NCBI GenBank assembly: GCA_937925735.1
Contig: CALAMK010000018.1
Span: 48,572-112,571 of the forward strand
Reading direction: 5' to 3'
Source: an uncultured Collinsella sp.
Lineage (GTDB): Bacteria > Actinomycetota > Coriobacteriia > Coriobacteriales > Coriobacteriaceae
DNA: 64,000 bases
Positions 17,747-28,662 of the stretch are shown piece by piece. The position numbers and the translations under genes are program-made. Every line of letters begins with the position of its first letter. Within the stretch, counting starts at the first letter, position 1. The notes beneath the pieces are model-generated. The model was not told where the DNA came from, made no database searches, and saw nothing but the letters and a program-made list of their open reading frames with translations.

Positions 17747-18888
17747 CGGCCCTCATCTCCTTGCTGCTTGGGAACGGTGGCAAACACGCGCCAGCCGGCG
17801 GCGCCGGCGCGCGGCCCGGCGGTGAAGGTACCGCCAAGCGCCTCGATGCGCTCGCGCATAGAGGCGAGCCCCATGCCCTCCGCGGCGCCGCGGCTGCTTG
17901 CTTGAACCCCGCCCATGCCATCGTCGGTAACAACGAGCTGGTAAAACGACGGATGCTCCATGCACCGTACGGTGACAGCATGGGCGCAAGCGTGGCGCAT
18001 GGTGTTGGAGAGCGCCTCGCGCAGGACTGCCGCAAAGCAGTTGGCGACGTTTGCGGGCGCATGTTCGGTCATAACTTCAAACTCAATCTGCGGGCCGCCG
18101 TCCGAGCGCGCGCCTTCGACAATGCGTTCGAGCTGCATGGAAAGGTCGACGGCGTTGTCGTTGAGCGCGTGGACGCTGGTGCGCACAAGCTGGAGCGCCT
18201 CGTCAACCGTGCGTTTGACGTCGGCGAAATCGGCGGCAACCCTGGGCTCGTCGGCGTGCACGACGCGCAGGGCCTCGGTCTGCAGTGAGGCGCGCGTGAG
18301 CTGGTGCCCGACGTTATCGTGGATTTCGCGCGCGATGCGGGCGCGTTCGGCGAGTGTCGCGAGCTCGACTTCGTAGTCCTGGCGGTCGGCAAGATCGCGG
18401 TTGCGCGCCTCGAGCGCGAGGGCTCGTTCCTGCAGCTCGTCGCGGGTGTGGCGCATGCGCTGCTGTTCGCGCTCCAACTGGGCGGTGCGTAGCGATAACA
18501 AGGTGGCGGCAACCGAAAGGATGGCGGTCAGCAGGAGCGTTCGGGCGGTGAGCACGTTGGTGCGAAGGTCCGCGACGAGCGCAAAAGCAAAGACGGAGCC
18601 AATGCCCAGCGCGACCCAGGCGCGCTCACGGCGCACGCGCCGCGCGGTGTCATAGAGGGCGAGAGGCGCAAACGGCACAAACGGCGGCACGAAGACAGCC
18701 ACGATGATGTAAGCGTAACTCGCGGCCTCGCTTGTGCGGCTCGTGCGTTCTCCCTTTGCGACCTCGGCCAGCGAGGTGGCGATAACGCCAAGGCAAAACG
18801 CCGCGACCAGGCGAGCGTCCACAGTAAGACCTATGGCGGCCGCAATGCAGCACACCAGCACAATCGATTTGTCGAAAAGCCTGTTCAT
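17743..18888 (-). CDS. sensor histidine kinase, HisKA_3 (DesK/LiaS/LnrJ-type) with N-terminal transmembrane helices
   Basis: H-box REIHDNVGHQLTRASL and a C-terminal HATPase region. Overlaps the RR start by 4 nt. Start chosen at MNRLFDKSIV (ATG 18888) where the TM region begins; the ORF is open to 19080 but that extension is Arg/Gly-rich and unlikely. Confidence 0.7.
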   Translation of the reverse strand: MNRLFDKSIVLVCCIAAAIGLTVDARLVAAFCLGVIATSLAEVAKGERTSRTSEAASYAYIIVAVFVPPFVPFAPLALYDTARRVRRERAWVALGIGSVFAFALVADLRTNVLTARTLLLTAILSVAATLLSLRTAQLEREQQRMRHTRDELQERALALEARNRDLADRQDYEVELATLAERARIAREIHDNVGHQLTRASLQTEALRVVHADEPRVAADFADVKRTVDEALQLVRTSVHALNDNAVDLSMQLERIVEGARSDGGPQIEFEVMTEHAPANVANCFAAVLREALSNTMRHACAHAVTVRCMEHPSFYQLVVTDDGMGGVQASSRGAAEGMGLASMRERIEALGGTFTAGPRAGAAGWRVFATVPKQQGDEGR

Positions 18889-19099
18889 ACGGGTATTGTA
18901 CGCGAAGCTGCGCGTGGTGGAGGGGCCGCCTGCGCAACCGTGACATTCCTCCCGCGCGGCAAATCGGCGTCGATCGCTCGCGCGAGCGGGGGTTTCGACT
19001 CCACCCCCCCCGCACTCGTGACAAAGCTCACTGGCGCGCGCCGGCGGCTCCTGCGATGATGCAATCGTACCGGGCCGCAATCAACAGGAGGGCCGCCTC

Positions 19100-20038
19100 A
19101 TGACAGACATCGTCCACGTCGAAAACCTCGTCAAGCGCTACGACGACCTTATCGCGCTCGACCACTTTAGCCTGAGCATCGCCCCCGGCGAGATCTTTGG
19201 CCTGCTGGGCCCCAACGGCTCGGGCAAGACCACGTCCATCAACTGCATTTTGCAGCTGCTTGCCTACGACAAAGGCACCATCGAGCTGTTCGGCGAACCC
19301 ATGACGCCCGCCCGCTATGACCTCAAGCGCCGCATCGGCGTGGTGCCGCAGCAGGTGGCGGTGTTTGACGAGCTCACGGTGCGCGAGAACATCGACTATT
19401 TCTGCAGTCTCTACGTTAACGATCGTAAGCGTCGCCGTGCACTGGTGGACGAGGCGATTGACTTTGTCGGGCTGGGTGACTTTACCAAGTTCCGCCCCGG
19501 CAAGCTCTCGGGCGGCCTGGCGCGTCGCCTCAACATCGCCTGCGGTATCGCGCACAAGCCCGAGCTCATCTTTTTTGACGAGCCCACGGTGGCGGTCGAC
19601 CCGCAGAGCCGCAACGCCATCCTGGAGGGCATCTGCCGCCTGCGCGACGAGGGCGCCACGGTGGTGTATACCAGCCATTACATGGAGGAAGTCGAGCAGA
19701 TTTGCAGCCGCATCATGATCATGGACGGCGGGCGCGTGCTGGCGCAGGGCACTAACGACGAGCTCAAGCGCATGATTCAGATGGGCGAGCGCGTGACGGT
19801 CGAGGTCGGCGCCGTCGAGTCGGCCACGGTCGAGCGGCTGCGCGCCCTCGAGCACGTGCTTTCAGTCGAGCTGTCCGGCGGCGAGCTCGTCTGCACCTGC
19901 GAAGCGAGCCCGCATAACCTGGTCGACATCCTCGACACGCTGCGCGCCGCCGACGTGGCGCTCGGCCGCGTGTGGAGCGAGCCGCCGACCCTCAACGACG
20001 TGTTCCTCGAGATCACCGGCCGCGAGCTGCGCGACTAG
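19100..20038 (+). CDS. ABC transporter ATP-binding protein (ABC-2/DrrA-like)
   Basis: Walker A GPNGSGKTT, signature LSGGLARRLNIA, Walker B IFFDEP. RBS GGAGGG. Confidence 0.85.
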   Translation: MTDIVHVENLVKRYDDLIALDHFSLSIAPGEIFGLLGPNGSGKTTSINCILQLLAYDKGTIELFGEPMTPARYDLKRRIGVVPQQVAVFDELTVRENIDYFCSLYVNDRKRRRALVDEAIDFVGLGDFTKFRPGKLSGGLARRLNIACGIAHKPELIFFDEPTVAVDPQSRNAILEGICRLRDEGATVVYTSHYMEEVEQICSRIMIMDGGRVLAQGTNDELKRMIQMGERVTVEVGAVESATVERLRALEHVLSVELSGGELVCTCEASPHNLVDILDTLRAADVALGRVWSEPPTLNDVFLEITGRELRD

Positions 20039-20047
20039 GGGGCAGCC

Positions 20048-21235
20048 ATGTTCAACACCATCATCACCACGGTCAAGACGCTGCTGCGCCGGCCGAGCAC
20101 GTGGGTTTGGGGCGCTCTCTTTCCCATCGCGCTTTCCACGATGTTCATGTTTATGTTTGCGAACCTCAGCTCCGACGGCACGGTCGATCCGGTGCCGGTT
20201 GCCATCGTGGCGGACGAGGCCTGGGACGCCTCGACCTTTAAGAACGTGGCGGCTTCGCTTGCCAAGGAAGGCGACGACCAACTGCTCGAGATCCACGAGT
20301 GCGACGACGCAGCCGACGCGAGCCGTGCGCTTAAGGCCGGCGAGGTCGCGGGCATCTATACGGTCGACGACGCGGGCACGCCCAAACTCACGCTGCTATC
20401 GAGTTATGACGGCTCGCGTGCGTCGTCGGTGCTCACCGATCGCAGCATCCTGGAGACGGTGGCAAGCTCGTATACACAAAATGCCGAGCTCATGTCCCAA
20501 ATTGCCCAGGACAACCCAGCGGCGCTCGCCGACCCGGAGGCGGTTGCGCGCGCCCTGTCGCTCGAGGGCGGCACCCGTCGCGTGAGCCTGACGCGTACCA
20601 CGCCCGATGGCACGGTCATCTACTACTATGCGCTCTTTGGTCTGGTGGCGATGATGTCTGCCGAGTTTGCCGCCTTGAGCGTCGTCGATCTGCAGCCCAA
20701 TCTGTCCGGCCTTGGCGCACGTCGCTGCGTGGGTGGTCTTTCCAAGACGGCGTCACTGGCCGGTATCTTTGTGGGCTCGTGGCTGGTCTCCTTTGCCTCG
20801 ATGGCGATTGCGATCGGCTACGTGCGCCTAGTCGTGGGCATCGACTTTGGCGGGCGCGATGGACTGTGTTTGGTGGGCGGCGCCGCTTCCGCGCTTGCCG
20901 CCACGGGCTTGGGACTCTTTGTGGGCACGCTTCCCGTTAAGGGCGGCAAGGCGTCCAAGTCGGGCATCCTCACGGGCTTTGCCACCACGTGCGCCCTGTT
21001 CGCCGGCCTCTACGGCGAGCCGGCGATGGCGCTTGCCGACGACGTCGCCCGCGCCTGCCCGGCCGAGTGCTGGCTCAACCCCGTCAAGCTCATCTGCGAC
21101 ATGTTCAACCGCCTGTATTTCTTTGAGGACCTGGGCCCCTTTGCCGTTCGCGCGGGCGCACTCGTCCTGATGGCCCTGGTGTTTGTCGCCGCCGCCACGC
21201 TGATCTTTGGAAGGAGCCGCTATGAGCACCTTTAA
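20048..21235 (+). CDS. ABC-2 family permease
   Basis: Polytopic 395-aa protein immediately downstream of the ATPase; ABC-2 permease-like topology. Confidence 0.65.
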   Translation: MFNTIITTVKTLLRRPSTWVWGALFPIALSTMFMFMFANLSSDGTVDPVPVAIVADEAWDASTFKNVAASLAKEGDDQLLEIHECDDAADASRALKAGEVAGIYTVDDAGTPKLTLLSSYDGSRASSVLTDRSILETVASSYTQNAELMSQIAQDNPAALADPEAVARALSLEGGTRRVSLTRTTPDGTVIYYYALFGLVAMMSAEFAALSVVDLQPNLSGLGARRCVGGLSKTASLAGIFVGSWLVSFASMAIAIGYVRLVVGIDFGGRDGLCLVGGAASALAATGLGLFVGTLPVKGGKASKSGILTGFATTCALFAGLYGEPAMALADDVARACPAECWLNPVKLICDMFNRLYFFEDLGPFAVRAGALVLMALVFVAAATLIFGRSRYEHL

Positions 21236-22427
21236 GACCGCGCTTCGCATGGCGCTCGCGCACCCGTTCTACCTGCTTATCTACACGGTGTTCATTTCGC
21301 TGATGGGTGTGTTTATCGCGGCATCGGTGAGCTGGAACTCGTCGCAGCTTACCGAGTACAAGCCCTACGATGCCAACGTGATCGTGGCCGACCGCGACGA
21401 CAGTGACCTTTCGCGTGCGCTTACCAAGCATCTGGGTTCGCGCTTTGAGCTGGTCACGGGCGTCGGCGACGACACCTACGACCTTGCGGACGCGCTTTCC
21501 AAGAGCAACAGCGCCAAGGGCAGTGCCGACTGCGTGTTCTTTATCCCGGAGGGGTTTGAGGGCGACCTCGTTGCAGCTGCCCGCGCGGGGGAGTCCCTGC
21601 CCAAGCTCGATGTGACCTACGGTGCCGGCACCATGGCGGCGGCGCTTTCGTCTGCCGAGGCCTCGCGCTGGATCTCGCTTGCGGGCGCTGCGGCGGCGCT
21701 TGAGCCCACTGCCTCCAACGGTGACGTCGCCAAGGCTGCCGATCATGCCGCTGCCGAGCGCGCCGAGGTCGAGATCGAGCGGGTCAAGGTCGACTCGATT
21801 GCCGCCGCCACGCTCGAGTCGTACTTCAACTTTGGCGCGTACGCGATTATCTCGTCGGTCATCGTGTCGGTGGGGCTGGTGTTCTCGGGCATGAACGAGC
21901 CCGGGCGCGTGCGTCGTATGGATGCCGGTCCAATCTCCGAGCGCCAGCGTTCGCTTGCCGTGTTTGCGGCCGCCGCCGTACTCACCGTCTGCATCTGGTT
22001 TGTGTCGAGCATGATGGGCGTCGTGGGCTTTGCCGGCGCGGTCGCCGAGGTCGGCGTGGGCCGTGTGTGCCTGGCGCTGGCGGCGACGTTTGCCCTTGCG
22101 TGCACGCCTCTGGCCGTTGGCTTTGCCCTTTCGAGCCTGGGTGCGCGCGAGGAGCTGCTCAACGGCGTGGGCAACCTGCTCGGCATGCTCATGACGTTTT
22201 TGGGCGGCGCCTGGATGCCGCTGTCGCTCATGGGCTCGGCCGTGCAGACCGTGGCGCATTTTGTGCCGACGTTTTGGGTGAACGACGCGATCGGCAAGGC
22301 GCTCGCCGCGGACCTGACGCCCACCGTGCTGGGCGATATCGCCTGCGATCTGGGTGTCACGGTGCTCTTTGCCGCGGCCATCGCCGCCGTAGGCCTGGCC
22401 CTCGCACGCGCCAAATCCCGCGCCTAG
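21222..22427 (+). CDS. ABC-2 family permease (second permease)
   Basis: Start ATG 21222 (MSTFKTAL) after GGAAGGAG, overlapping the previous stop. N-terminal TM then a large extracytoplasmic loop and a C-terminal TM bundle. This gives the ATPase + 2 permease arrangement of LnrLMN-type exporters. Confidence 0.65.
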   Translation: MSTFKTALRMALAHPFYLLIYTVFISLMGVFIAASVSWNSSQLTEYKPYDANVIVADRDDSDLSRALTKHLGSRFELVTGVGDDTYDLADALSKSNSAKGSADCVFFIPEGFEGDLVAAARAGESLPKLDVTYGAGTMAAALSSAEASRWISLAGAAAALEPTASNGDVAKAADHAAAERAEVEIERVKVDSIAAATLESYFNFGAYAIISSVIVSVGLVFSGMNEPGRVRRMDAGPISERQRSLAVFAAAAVLTVCIWFVSSMMGVVGFAGAVAEVGVGRVCLALAATFALACTPLAVGFALSSLGAREELLNGVGNLLGMLMTFLGGAWMPLSLMGSAVQTVAHFVPTFWVNDAIGKALAADLTPTVLGDIACDLGVTVLFAAAIAAVGLALARAKSRA

Positions 22428-22431
22428 CCGC

Positions 22432-22462
22432 CTAGTCGTTTAAGAGCGTCCCTAATGACTAG
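22432..22462. repeat. small REP-like hairpin (stop-codon-associated family, copy 1)
   Basis: cTAGTCGTT-taagagcgtcccta-AATGACTAg begins 5 nt after the permease stop. Confidence 0.7.
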
Positions 22463-22555
22463 TCTGAAATAAATCCCAAGCCTCGCCCCAAAATAGTTTG
22501 CCAAGGTTTACTATTACGCTCATAAAGTAGTACGGGGCTAACAATAGGGGATACC

Positions 22556-23269
<714 letters not shown>

Positions 23270-23277
23270 GCGGCGCC

Positions 23278-25944
23278 ATGACACCTCTCGCAAAACGTCT
23301 CCCGCGCGAGCTGCGCCGCAATATCGGCAAGTATCTGGGCATCTTTTTGCTTATGTGCGGAAGCATCGCCCTTACATCGGGCTTTTTGCTCGCGGCGCAT
23401 TCCATCGGCTGCCTTATCGACGACATGCGCGATGCGTACACGATTGAGGACGGCCGCGTGACCACCTCCTTCGAGGCCACCAAAGACCAGCTCAAGGCTG
23501 CCGAGGATGCAGCCGGCGACGTCGGCGGCGTCACGCTCTACAAGAACTTCTCCATCGACGCCATCATCAAAAAGACCACCGGCGACGACGGCACCAAGCG
23601 TACGCTGCGCACCTATGCGCACCGCACCAAGGTCGACATTGCGTCGTACAGCGAGGGCAAGGAACCCAAGGCGGATGACGAGGTGGCCATCGACCGTGTC
23701 TTTGCCACCAATAACAACCTGTCCGTGGGCGATAAAGTCGAGCTCGAGGGTCGCACCTACACCATCTGCGGCATCATGACCCAGCCCGATAGCCAGGCGC
23801 TGTTCCTCAACAATTCGGACTTTACGGTGAACACCATCACCTATGGCGTGGCCGAGGTCACCGACGCCGGCTTTGCCGCGCTCGAGGATGCCGGCGGCGC
23901 GCCTGCCTACACCTACTCCTTCACCTTTGCCGATCGCGACCTCCCCACCGCGGATCGCATCGATGCGGAGCAGGATATGGTCGAGGCGCTGACCGATTCC
24001 GACGCGCGCGTGGACGATCTGACCGACGCCGATTCCAACCAGGGCATTGGCTATGCGCGCGACGACGTGGACGGCGACTCCATGATGTGGATGACGCTGC
24101 TCGACATCATCATCGTGATCATGGCGTTCGTCTTTGTGGTCCTTACCGATGCCACCATCGAGGAGGAGAGCGCCATCATCGGCACGTTGCTCGCCAGCGG
24201 CTATCGTCGACGCGAGATCGTGTTGCACTACCTTGCGCTTCCCGCCATCGTGGGCGTGGTCGCGGCGCTTTTGGGCACTGCGCTCGGCATTGTGTTCTTT
24301 ACCGAGCCCATGCGCAGCCTCTATTACGGTTCGTACAGCCTGCCGCCCTTCCAGGTGTACTGGAGCTGGGAGATCTTTGTGAAGTGCGCCGTGGTTCCCG
24401 CCGCCGCGCTCATCCTCATCACGCTGGTGGGCCTGCTTCGCAAAATGGGCAAGACGCCGTTGCAGTTCCTTCGTTACGAGGCGAGCGGCAAATCGGGCAC
24501 CAAGCGCGGTATGCAACTGCCGGAGCGCATGGGTTTTGTTTTCCGCTTCCGCCTGCGTGTCTTCCTGCGCAATCTGGGCAACTTCGCCACGCTCTTCGTG
24601 GGCATCGCGTTTGCGTCGCTGCTACTGCTCTTTGGCCTGGCGATTCTGCCCACGATGACGCACTATGCGGACAACCTCGAGACGAGCCTGGTCGCCGAGC
24701 ACCAGTACACGCTCAAGGCGCCGCTGGAGCTCGAGGGCACCGCCGAGGAGCGCGAGCAGTGGTCGGCACTCGAGCGCTTGCAGTCGGTTGACGGCGCGCC
24801 GCTTTCCGCCGCTCAGGATGCCGATGACGAGCTTGACGACGCGGCCGATGCGGCGCAGGTGGCAGCCGATGCCGCGGCCGCATCTCCGTCTGCCGAGAGC
24901 CTGACTGCGGCGCAGGATGCGCTTGCCAAGGTCCAGGACAAGAAGGATGCGCTCTACGCGCGCCTTGACGATCTTGCCGATGCCCTCGGCTGCGACTGCG
25001 ATGAGGCTATCGACCTGATCGACAAGGGCTCTAAGATCGACGCTGACAACGACGATATCCACCCGGTCAATACGACCGACAACGGTGCGGGTGCAATCGC
25101 ACAGGCCGAGAAATACGCCGTTTACCAGCTGCAATACGACCGCGGCGATGGAAATGGCGAGGAAACGATTTCCGTCTACGGCATTTCATCCGATTCGCGC
25201 TATTGGAAAGACCTCAACGTCGGCGATGGGCGCATCGTCTTTGGCGGCGGTCTGCTCGACAAGTTCGGCTGGAGCGAGGGCCAGAAGGTCACGCTCGGCG
25301 ACAAGTACGAGGGCAAGCATTATTCCCTTGAGTACGCGGGCAAGGACTGTGCCTGGGGCTCCAAGTCGGACATGAATATCTATATGAGTATCGACGACTT
25401 TAATGAGCTGTTCGACAACGACGCCGCCTACTTTAACGGCTATGTGAGCAACGAGAAGCTCGACCTCGATGCTCGTTACTTTGCCGGCGACACCACGCCC
25501 GACGACATGCGCGCCGTGGGCGACCAGTTCATCGGCATGATGAGCAAAATGATCGGCATGATGGTCGGGCTCGCGGTGTTTATCTTCCTGCTGTTTATGT
25601 ACCTGCTGACCAAGGCCGTGATCGACCACAGCGCCCGTTCGATCAGCTACATGAAAGTCTTTGGCTATCGCGATAGCGAGATCTCGCATCTGTACATCCG
25701 CTCGATTACGCTGTGCGTGGTGGCGTCGCTCGTGCTGAGCCTGCCGGTCATTATTGGCTCACTCACGGCCATCTTCCGCTCTATGTTGCTCGCCTACAAC
25801 GGCAATATCGAGATCTACGTGCCCGCTTGGTCCATGGTTGCATGCGTCGGCATTGGCTTTGCGACCTACCTGGTCGTGGCGCTGCTACACACGCGTTCTA
25901 TCACGCGCGTGAGCCTGGCCGAGGCCCTCAAAGTCCAAGAGTAG
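23278..25944 (+). CDS. FtsX-family ABC permease with duplicated (TM-extracytoplasmic domain-3TM) architecture and internal Ala/Asp-rich low-complexity segment
   Basis: ~889 aa. TM1, ~250-aa extracytoplasmic domain, three TMs, then a second ~290-aa extracytoplasmic region containing DADDELDDAADAAQVAADAAAASPSAESLTAAQDALAKVQDKKDALYARLDDLADALG, then three more TMs. ATG 23278 preferred over the ORF-track TTG 23263. Confidence 0.7.
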   Translation: MTPLAKRLPRELRRNIGKYLGIFLLMCGSIALTSGFLLAAHSIGCLIDDMRDAYTIEDGRVTTSFEATKDQLKAAEDAAGDVGGVTLYKNFSIDAIIKKTTGDDGTKRTLRTYAHRTKVDIASYSEGKEPKADDEVAIDRVFATNNNLSVGDKVELEGRTYTICGIMTQPDSQALFLNNSDFTVNTITYGVAEVTDAGFAALEDAGGAPAYTYSFTFADRDLPTADRIDAEQDMVEALTDSDARVDDLTDADSNQGIGYARDDVDGDSMMWMTLLDIIIVIMAFVFVVLTDATIEEESAIIGTLLASGYRRREIVLHYLALPAIVGVVAALLGTALGIVFFTEPMRSLYYGSYSLPPFQVYWSWEIFVKCAVVPAAALILITLVGLLRKMGKTPLQFLRYEASGKSGTKRGMQLPERMGFVFRFRLRVFLRNLGNFATLFVGIAFASLLLLFGLAILPTMTHYADNLETSLVAEHQYTLKAPLELEGTAEEREQWSALERLQSVDGAPLSAAQDADDELDDAADAAQVAADAAAASPSAESLTAAQDALAKVQDKKDALYARLDDLADALGCDCDEAIDLIDKGSKIDADNDDIHPVNTTDNGAGAIAQAEKYAVYQLQYDRGDGNGEETISVYGISSDSRYWKDLNVGDGRIVFGGGLLDKFGWSEGQKVTLGDKYEGKHYSLEYAGKDCAWGSKSDMNIYMSIDDFNELFDNDAAYFNGYVSNEKLDLDARYFAGDTTPDDMRAVGDQFIGMMSKMIGMMVGLAVFIFLLFMYLLTKAVIDHSARSISYMKVFGYRDSEISHLYIRSITLCVVASLVLSLPVIIGSLTAIFRSMLLAYNGNIEIYVPAWSMVACVGIGFATYLVVALLHTRSITRVSLAEALKVQE

Positions 25945-25971
25945 TCGTTTAAGAACCTCCCCAACGACTAG
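25942..25971. repeat. small REP-like hairpin (copy 2), stem includes the TAG stop codon of the FtsX gene
   Basis: TAGTCGTT-taagaacctcccca-AACGACTA: perfect 8-bp stem, 14-nt loop. Confidence 0.75.
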
Positions 25972-26053
25972 GTTTCGCGCTTGACTTTGACCCTACTTTA
26001 ACGGGTACCATCCTCTATGTCTGTAACGCCATATAGACCGAGGGGATAGATCT

Positions 26054-27259
26054 ATGACCGCAACTGCACCCGCAGCACCCGCTAAGGTATACTTCACCAA
26101 CTTGCGCACGCATGCTCGCGAGAGCCAGCTCGACAAGCTCAAGCGCCTCATACGTCACGCCGGTATCGAGCAGATCGACTTCGAGAACAAGTTCGTCGCT
26201 ATCAAGATTCACTTTGGCGAGCTGGGCAATCTGAGCTTTTTGCGCCCCAACTACGCCCGCGCCGTCGCGGATGTCGTGAAGGAGCTGGGTGGCAAGCCCT
26301 TCCTCACCGACTGTAACACGCTCTACGTCGGTAGCCGTAAAAACGCGCTCGAGCACATCGATACCGCCTATCAGAACGGCTTTACCCCGTATGCCACGGG
26401 TTGCCAGATCATCATCGCCGACGGCCTCAAGGGTACCGACGAGGCACTCGTCCCGGTCGAGGGCGGCGAGTACGTGCGCGAGGCCAAGATCGGTCGGGCA
26501 CTCATGGATGCCGATATCGTGATCAGCCTCACGCACTTTAAAGGCCATGAGCAGGCCGGCTTTGGCGGCGCCATGAAGAACCTGGGCATGGGCGGCGGCA
26601 GCCGCGCCGGCAAGATGGAGCAGCATGCCGCCGGCAAGCCGAACGTCGCGACCGAGCACTGTATTGGCTGCCGTGCCTGCGAAAAGGTCTGTGCGCACAG
26701 CGCTATCTCGTTTGACGACACCCGTGAGCGCGAGCTCGCCAACGGCAACACCCGTACGGTTCACGTTGCCGCTATCGACCACGATCGCTGCGTGGGCTGC
26801 GGCCGCTGCATCGGCGTGTGCAACCAGGACGCCATCAAGCCCGGCCATGACGCTGCGGCCGACGTGCTCAACTGCAAGATCGCCGAGTATACGAAGGCCG
26901 TTGTCGACGGCCGTCCGAGCTTCCACATCTCGCTTGCCATGGACATTAGCCCCAACTGCGATTGCCATCCCGAAAACGACACGCCTATCGTCAACGATAT
27001 CGGCATGTTCGCGAGCTTCGACCCGGTCGCCATCGACCAGGCCTGTGCCGATGCCGTCATGGCATCCGAGCCGCTGCCCAATACCGAGCTCACCGATAGC
27101 GCGGCCAAGATGGAGCATAACCACGAGCATCTGGAGGGCGAGCAGGCCAAGGACCCCTTCTGCATCACGCATCCCGACACCGACTGGCGCACCTGCATTG
27201 CGCATGCCGAGAAGATCGGCCTGGGCACGAGCAAGTACGAGCTCATCGAGGTCAAGTAG
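26054..27259 (+). CDS. DUF362-domain iron-sulfur protein with 2x[4Fe-4S] ferredoxin module
   Basis: DUF362-like N-terminal half (FKGHEQAGFGGAMKNLGMG) followed by CIGCRACEKVC and CVGCGRCIGVC ferredoxin motifs. Confidence 0.65.
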   Translation: MTATAPAAPAKVYFTNLRTHARESQLDKLKRLIRHAGIEQIDFENKFVAIKIHFGELGNLSFLRPNYARAVADVVKELGGKPFLTDCNTLYVGSRKNALEHIDTAYQNGFTPYATGCQIIIADGLKGTDEALVPVEGGEYVREAKIGRALMDADIVISLTHFKGHEQAGFGGAMKNLGMGGGSRAGKMEQHAAGKPNVATEHCIGCRACEKVCAHSAISFDDTRERELANGNTRTVHVAAIDHDRCVGCGRCIGVCNQDAIKPGHDAAADVLNCKIAEYTKAVVDGRPSFHISLAMDISPNCDCHPENDTPIVNDIGMFASFDPVAIDQACADAVMASEPLPNTELTDSAAKMEHNHEHLEGEQAKDPFCITHPDTDWRTCIAHAEKIGLGTSKYELIEVK

Positions 27260-27306
27260 CACCTGTCCATTGGACATATCAAGCGCTTTTGTAGCGCAAC
27301 GTTAGC

Positions 27307-27346
27307 AAAAGCCGCCCGTGGGCACAGCGCTCACGGGCGGCTTTTT
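27307..27346. terminator. bidirectional rho-independent terminator between convergent genes
   Basis: AAAAGCCGCCCGTG-ggcacagcgct-CACGGGCGGCTTTTT: A-tract and T-tract on either side of a 14-bp stem. Confidence 0.85.
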
Positions 27347-27510
27347 GGAAGTATGCGGCAAATTTCGAGACCGCCGAGCACACGACGTTTTTTGGCAACA
27401 AAACCCCTGATAAATTGTTGGTAAAACTGTGGTCTGGTCGGCAGTTCCAGATTTTGCCGCATACTTCCGAAAATAGGGGGTCAGATAAAGCCTCAGACGT
27501 TGCTATTCGC

Positions 27511-28476
27511 CTAAAAATACTCGTCGAGGAAGTTGTTGACTGTGTTCCAGTAGAGCTCGGGGTCAACTTGCGCACTCTTGGCGTGGGTGGCGCCATGGAT
27601 GGTGAGCTTTTGCTTGACCTTGCTGGCGCACGCGTCGTAGTTTTGGTCGAGCATGCTGTACGGCACAAAGGTGTCCTGGTCGCCGTGGATAAACAGCATG
27701 GGAACCGTCGCGTGCTTGAGTTGCTCCACACTGCTCGCCTTATGAAAGTCGTAGCCCGCGCGCACGTTGCACACCAAGTTTGCTACATCGAGCAAGGGAA
27801 AGCTGGGCAGGCCGAACACGTCCTTGAGCTGCAGAGAAAACTCGTCCCAAACACTCGTATAACCACAGTCCTCGATAATGCATTTTACGTTTGCGGGCAG
27901 AGATTCCCCCGCGACGTTCATGGCAGTTGCTGCACCCATCGACTCGCCAAAGACCAGGATGCGCGCCTCGGGGTCAGCCTGAACGATCCGCCCAACCCAT
28001 GCGACGACATCGAGCCGCTCGGGCCAGCCCATGCCGATATAGTCGCCGTCGGAGCGCTCGTGGGCGCGGGCGGCAGGCGCGAGCACGTTCATGCCGCGGT
28101 CGTGGAAGCGCTTGGCGTATCGGGCCATGCCGATGGGCTCGTTGGTATATCCATGCAGGCAGACGGCATAATCGTGGGTGTTCTCCGAGGCGGCAAAATA
28201 CCAAGCGGCGAGCTCGGTTCCGTCATCTGCGGTAAGGCTGCTGCTCTCGCGATTCTCTTTAAACCACGCCCGCGCCTCGGTTTCCTCGGCATCCGGCTGC
28301 TCGCCTTCTTTGTCGTTCTTGCTATCCTGCATCATCTTCATGGTGTACGGCGCTTGGGGATTCAGCGCGAAGTCAAACAGAAAGTTGCCGGCAAATCCGA
28401 GCAGCGCAACGACAACCACCAGTGCAACGATGCCGGCTATCTTGAGCTTTCGATGGGAACGTGTGTTTTGAGCCAT
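27511..28476 (-). CDS. alpha/beta-fold hydrolase with N-terminal membrane anchor
   Basis: N-terminal TM (IAGIVALVVVVALLGFAG), nucleophile elbow GESMGAATA, catalytic-triad-like DxxV...IHGATH arrangement. Confidence 0.7.
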   Translation of the reverse strand: MAQNTRSHRKLKIAGIVALVVVVALLGFAGNFLFDFALNPQAPYTMKMMQDSKNDKEGEQPDAEETEARAWFKENRESSSLTADDGTELAAWYFAASENTHDYAVCLHGYTNEPIGMARYAKRFHDRGMNVLAPAARAHERSDGDYIGMGWPERLDVVAWVGRIVQADPEARILVFGESMGAATAMNVAGESLPANVKCIIEDCGYTSVWDEFSLQLKDVFGLPSFPLLDVANLVCNVRAGYDFHKASSVEQLKHATVPMLFIHGDQDTFVPYSMLDQNYDACASKVKQKLTIHGATHAKSAQVDPELYWNTVNNFLDEYF

Positions 28477-28662
28477 GCGGTATTCTCCTATAAGATGTTA
28501 ATACATCAACATTTAATGCAAGCGCATTATGGACGTTCGCCGTTGATGCGTCAACAGGCAAAGAATGGGTAAACAAAGGGTCACGTATGGTGCAAATTTC
28601 GCACGTACCCAGACGCTTTGATATAGTGTTGAGAACACTTTACGTTGGAGGATGTAACCGGC

